Origin: Bacteroidota bacterium
GTDB taxonomy: Bacteria; Bacteroidota; Bacteroidia; Bacteroidales; GCA-2748055
Assembly: GCA_039714915.1 (NCBI GenBank)
Contig: JBDLIM010000006.1
Span: 7,230-71,229 of the forward strand
DNA length: 64,000 nt
Direction of reading: 5' to 3'
Shown: positions 60,036 to 64,000 of the stretch, piece after piece
Layout of the letters: each line of letters starts with the position of its first letter
How positions within the stretch are numbered: the stretch's first letter is position 1
Position numbers and translations under genes: made by a program
Notes under the pieces: generated by a model
What the model saw: the letters and a program-made list of their open reading frames with translations, nothing else
Databases searched by the model: none
Told to the model about the DNA's origin: nothing

Positions 60036-62810
60036 TTAATCAAACAGGATGGTGGGGTCCAGTGCATAACGACCAAAGTGTTTTCCGTAAATGGCCAGTC
60101 CGCCGGGCAATCCCTCATCCACTTCAAAACTGATCTTTAGTTTAGCTTCAGGTGCCTGCTTAATCAGTTCCAGGGGAATCCGGGTCTTGCATAAATACCC
60201 ATAGGAACCGGCCTCTCTCAGCTTGCGGTCCCTGGGCTGTGAGTGCCAGGACAGCACGCCCCTGTGATCGGCCGGATCATCCTCCAGGTAAAACTCTTTT
60301 ATCACCACTCCATTCACCCTTACCTTCACCAGGGAAGGATCCTTATAGATATCGGTCATGGGGTAGGAGTTGGGATTCCTGCTTGGATCGAAGGTGCCTT
60401 TTCCACGCATGTAGTCTCCATCCAGTTCGGATTTATCCTGCCGGTCCTTCCCATGCAGCTTTTTGGCAGAAGCTTCAAATACCAGGCTTACATTTTCCGG
60501 TTCATCCAAATCCATGGTGGAAGGGAGTTCCACCTCATAGGAGAAGTGACCCGATCCTGCACCGTTCACTTTCAGTCCATCCAGGATATTCCACTGCCTT
60601 AAGCTCCATGCTTCATCCGTGAAGGAATCCGGAGCAAAGGAAATGGCCCCTTCAGGCGATGCATTCTCTGCACTGCTTTGTTCAGGTTCTTCCACCAGAA
60701 AGCTGGCAAAGTTCAGGTGGTAGATATAAGCATTTTCATCCCGAAGCCTGAGTTTCAGGTGATACAGGCCCGGAGTATCGGGAAGCTCAAAGGCCAGGGG
60801 TGCCAGATCGCCATTGAAATATGCAGTGGATTCAATTTGGCTTGATTTGAGAAAATGATGCCTGAATTTTCCGTGGTGGTCACGTCCCGACAATTCATAA
60901 TCCAGGATAAAGCTGCCTTCAGGCACCTGGTCCGTCAAAACGGAAAGGTAAAGGGGTACTTCCACCGTTGAACCCGGCTTTTCGGAACGGCATAATTCCG
61001 GTCCGGTGGACAGGTAGACGGGACTGTGAAGATGGCTCAGGTCCATGTCAGGAATGAAATCCGGTATCCCGGTGAATTTCTCTGTTCTGTCGTATTTATA
61101 ATACCCGTTCCATTCATTAATAACATCGTGATGTTCGGTGTACAGCCATCCGGCCATAAGCGGATGCTTCCGGAATTCATTCATCATCATGTGGTAATCC
61201 CAGCTCCAGTCCACATCTCCTGCACTGCCCTCATATCCCCATACATTGCCGCATTCGCTGTTAAGCATGGGGACTTTGCTCTGGGTGTTTCCTCCAATAA
61301 AATTCCAGTCAGACCCTGCGTATGTATTCTCCACTACCTTATTCATAAAATCTTCCCAGCCATATCCGGGCAGGTACTGATGCCAGGTATTCAGATCCGT
61401 CACCACATGATCGTAATTGCAGGGGGAGTTATCCTCTATTAAGCGCGACTGATCCAGTTTTTTAGCTTCCTGAAACATTTGATGAACCCATTCCTGGGTT
61501 TCAGGGAGATAGGCCCGCTCATCGCCTTTCCCTGTGAACAGGCCCCATGTTTCATTGAAGAGCACCCAGGAGAATATGGAAGGATGGTTATAATCCCTGG
61601 CCAGCATTTCACGCATGGCGTACTCCCATTCCACCCGTGCTGTATCCCCCGGTTCACCCCAGAAATTTGGCACATCGGCCATAATCAGTAATCCCAGTTT
61701 ATCGGCCCAGTAAAGTTTCCTGGGCACTTCCACCTTAATATGGATCCTGTTGCCGTTCAGTCCTATTTTTTTGGAACGGATGATCTCATCCCTCATAAAT
61801 TCATCGCTGGGGTAGGTGTAATAACCATCGGGATGGTAGGCCTGGTCCAGGCTCAGCTGAAGATACAGGGGTTTATTATTAAGTGCCACGTAAGGGACTT
61901 CAGTGCCGGGAAGATCCATTACACTTATTTTCCTCATACCGAAATAGGTAGAAAGATTGTCAAATACGGTTTCATTGTTGTGCAACTGGACCTTAAGTTC
62001 GTAAAGGTAGGGATCGTTCAATTCCCAGAGCTTTGGATTGGGGATGGCCAGTTCAAACTCAATCTCTTCCTGTTTTTTCGAAATTTTAGGAGAGGTGATC
62101 ATTCCCGATATTTCCTGATTTGGAAAAGAGAGGCTTAAAAACAAATCTTCCCTAGCCGGTGCATCCAGAACTGCATTTATGCTTACTGTTCCCCGATCGA
62201 TATCGGGAGTGATATAGATGGCATTCAGAGCAATATCCCCTCTGCTTTCAAGGAAAACAGTTTGCCAGATTCCCTTGGCTTCCCCATAACCCTGTTTCCC
62301 TTCCAGCTTATAGGGATGCGCTGTGTCATCAACCCTGAGGACCAGCTGGTGTTTCTCGCCCTGGTAGAGAAAATCCGTAAGTTCGAATTCGAACTGGTTA
62401 TAGCCCCCCTGATGGGTTCCCACCAGGTTTCCGTTGATCCATACGGTGGTTCTCCAGTCACAGGCTCCTATTACCAGAAATACCCTGTCACCCCTCCACG
62501 GATCGGGTATTTCAATCTCCCGGCTGTACCAGGCAATATCTGCAAGGTCTTCTATACCTGAGAGATTTGAACCCCACGAAAACGGAACTTGAATTTGTGC
62601 CGTGAACTGAGGATTTTCAAACCATTTCTCGTTATTACCCACATCAAGGCTGTCAAATTGAAAGCCCCATAATCCATTAAGATTCATCCATTTATCTCGC
62701 TTGAAATCGGGACGTGGATGCTCTGGTAAAGGGATCTCCCGGGCATTCTGTGAAAGAAGAGGTAAGGAGGAAAAGCATGCCAAAAATAGCAACAGAAAAA
62801 AATGTCTCAT
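60036..62810 (-). CDS. Glycoside hydrolase family 2 protein
   Basis: 924-aa ORF with signal peptide. GH2 sugar-binding jellyroll (...VFLVIGACDWRTTVWINGNLVGTHQGGYNQFEFELTD), a TIM barrel with NHPSIFSWVLFNE (acid/base NE), and extra C-terminal domains. Confidence 0.8.
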   Translation of the reverse strand: MRHFFLLLFLACFSSLPLLSQNAREIPLPEHPRPDFKRDKWMNLNGLWGFQFDSLDVGNNEKWFENPQFTAQIQVPFSWGSNLSGIEDLADIAWYSREIEIPDPWRGDRVFLVIGACDWRTTVWINGNLVGTHQGGYNQFEFELTDFLYQGEKHQLVLRVDDTAHPYKLEGKQGYGEAKGIWQTVFLESRGDIALNAIYITPDIDRGTVSINAVLDAPAREDLFLSLSFPNQEISGMITSPKISKKQEEIEFELAIPNPKLWELNDPYLYELKVQLHNNETVFDNLSTYFGMRKISVMDLPGTEVPYVALNNKPLYLQLSLDQAYHPDGYYTYPSDEFMRDEIIRSKKIGLNGNRIHIKVEVPRKLYWADKLGLLIMADVPNFWGEPGDTARVEWEYAMREMLARDYNHPSIFSWVLFNETWGLFTGKGDERAYLPETQEWVHQMFQEAKKLDQSRLIEDNSPCNYDHVVTDLNTWHQYLPGYGWEDFMNKVVENTYAGSDWNFIGGNTQSKVPMLNSECGNVWGYEGSAGDVDWSWDYHMMMNEFRKHPLMAGWLYTEHHDVINEWNGYYKYDRTEKFTGIPDFIPDMDLSHLHSPVYLSTGPELCRSEKPGSTVEVPLYLSVLTDQVPEGSFILDYELSGRDHHGKFRHHFLKSSQIESTAYFNGDLAPLAFELPDTPGLYHLKLRLRDENAYIYHLNFASFLVEEPEQSSAENASPEGAISFAPDSFTDEAWSLRQWNILDGLKVNGAGSGHFSYEVELPSTMDLDEPENVSLVFEASAKKLHGKDRQDKSELDGDYMRGKGTFDPSRNPNSYPMTDIYKDPSLVKVRVNGVVIKEFYLEDDPADHRGVLSWHSQPRDRKLREAGSYGYLCKTRIPLELIKQAPEAKLKISFEVDEGLPGGLAIYGKHFGRYALDPTILFD

Positions 62811-63373
62811 GGTATGGTTTTTATCATTCTTGTCCGTGAAAGGACAAACCTACTGGTTTCCGATATACTGTTTAACAATATCAAGCGGTGCTCCACCGCA
62901 GGATGCAATAAAATAGCTTGGAGACCATAGTCCGCCCTTCCAGTAGTACTGTTCAAGTTCGGGGAACTCCTGTCTGAGGAACCTTGACGAAACCCCTTTC
63001 AGGCTGTTCACCAGCCTCGATGGTGTGGTATGTGGTAGCGTTTCAACCAGTAGATGAACATAATCCTTCTCCCCGTGTGTTTCAACTAGCTCACATCCGA
63101 AATCATTACACACCCTTTCAAAGTGAAAATGCAGCCTTTCGTACATCTTCTCAGTAAAGACTTTCTTTCTGTATTTGGTCACAAAGACTAAATGTAGGTG
63201 AAGTGCATGAACAACATGTCTTTTGGTGCGTAAATGGGTATCTGAATCTTGCATATTTGCAATGTTTTTTAAAGATTAAATATCTATGTTAAAGATAAGG
63301 AAAACATATAAAGTATGGCTCAAGACCAATAGTAATTAGGCGTCTAGTGTAATGTTTCTGAATGCATTGCCCT
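62811..63373 (-). mobile_element. IS200/IS605-family element (tnpA only); exact ends not determined
   Basis: The 563-bp spacer between the GH130-like stop and the GH2 start is occupied by a Y1/HUH transposase gene and has lower GC than its flanks. A hairpin TTGTCC-gtgaaa-GGACAA lies at 62829-62846. No terminal structures could be assigned with confidence. Confidence 0.5.
62850..63254 (-). CDS. tnpA: IS200/IS605-family Y1 (HUH) transposase TnpA
   Basis: 134-aa ORF. ...HLVFVTKYRKKVF..., ...DYVHLLVE..., ...LKGVSSR.LRQEFPEL....W.GGLWSPSYFIASCGGAPL..VKQYIGNQ is collinear with TnpA of IS608/ISDra2-type elements (catalytic Tyr in SYF, C-terminal Q). Confidence 0.85.
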   Translation of the reverse strand: MQDSDTHLRTKRHVVHALHLHLVFVTKYRKKVFTEKMYERLHFHFERVCNDFGCELVETHGEKDYVHLLVETLPHTTPSRLVNSLKGVSSRFLRQEFPELEQYYWKGGLWSPSYFIASCGGAPLDIVKQYIGNQ

Positions 63374-64000
63374 TTACTTTGAAACAGCCACACCCACATA
63401 GGAATCAGCGGTACCATAATAAAGGAACCATTTGGATTTGTAATAAACCAGGCCTTCGGCAAAGGTAGTACCTGATTTATACTGCCCGGTGATTTCATGT
63501 GCCAGGGTAGGTTTCAGAAAGCAGACATCGGACCGAAACAGGACCTTCTCCGGGTTATCTGCATCAAATACCAGCTTGCCCACCGAATACATGCCTTCCG
63601 GCAACTCTTTTGAGGCATCAGGCCCTTCGGCATTCTTTCCATTGTAAAGCAGTACAATGCCATCCCTGGTAATTACTGCAGGGGGACCGCATTCAGTCAG
63701 GTGACTGTCAAATTTGTTTTGGCGTGGCATAACCACAGCCTTTAACTCACCGGCTTCATCAAGCCCGGGGTACCAGTCAGCCAGGTTCTCGGACCAGGCC
63801 AGGTTAATGAAGCGCTCTCCCCAGTACATCCAGTATTTGCCATCTATTTTTGCCAGCACCTGCCTGTCCCCATCCATCCGGGTGACCATCGATCCCGACT
63901 TGGACCAGTAATTAAGGAATTTGCCCTCATGTGCTTCAGCAAAAGCAGGGCCTTTTTTTTCCCAGTGCACAAGGTCTTGTGAAAAAGCGATGCTCAGCCT
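63374..64000 (-). CDS. GH130/DUF377 (COG2152-like) glycosidase or phosphorylase, C-terminal part (gene runs off the window)
   Basis: The reading frame stays open to the window edge (…SIAFSQDLVHWEKKGP…). The C-terminus ...GPPAV.T.DGIVLLYNG...Y.VG...FD..NPEKVL.RSD..FL.P....E..GQY..GT.FAEGLV....KWFLYYGTADS is the five-bladed propeller family pattern recalled for GH130. Confidence 0.6.
   Translation of the reverse strand, partial: RLSIAFSQDLVHWEKKGPAFAEAHEGKFLNYWSKSGSMVTRMDGDRQVLAKIDGKYWMYWGERFINLAWSENLADWYPGLDEAGELKAVVMPRQNKFDSHLTECGPPAVITRDGIVLLYNGKNAEGPDASKELPEGMYSVGKLVFDADNPEKVLFRSDVCFLKPTLAHEITGQYKSGTTFAEGLVYYKSKWFLYYGTADSYVGVAVSK

Overview
This window reads as a Bacteroidota chromosomal segment. 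Evidence: T9SS C-terminal sorting domain, -33 TTTG / -7 TAnnTTTG promoter boxes, A/C-rich leaders without Shine-Dalgarno sequences, GH2/GH3/GH130 genes. It is densely packed with core housekeeping genes: dnaA, dnaX, secA, ligA, ffh, argS, folD, rpsF-rpsR-rplI, pyrBI, icd, dapA, rny, zapA. It also carries envelope and cell-wall functions (AnmK, M23 peptidase, amidase, MlaD, LptD-like), transporters, and a small glycoside-hydrolase cluster interrupted by a solo IS200/IS605-type tnpA. I found no rRNA, tRNA, CRISPR array, prophage or recognisable defence island, and no obviously novel multi-gene protein system. The signals most worth follow-up are at RNA or recoding level. (1) A ~200-nt 6S-RNA-like long irregular hairpin lies between zapA and rny. 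(2) An 11-A tract in dnaX sits at the domain III/linker boundary with stops in both alternative frames, a candidate tau/gamma recoding site. (3) Two related orphan units, each a U/G-rich 'TAGTTT' block followed by a plus-strand intrinsic terminator, form a candidate sRNA family. (4) A structured ~120-nt leader precedes the M23 peptidase gene. (5) A T9SS-secreted S1 protease is translationally coupled to a BtuFCD/FecBCD-type ABC importer. All protein calls rest on motif and family recognition by eye. No database search or RNA folding program was run.
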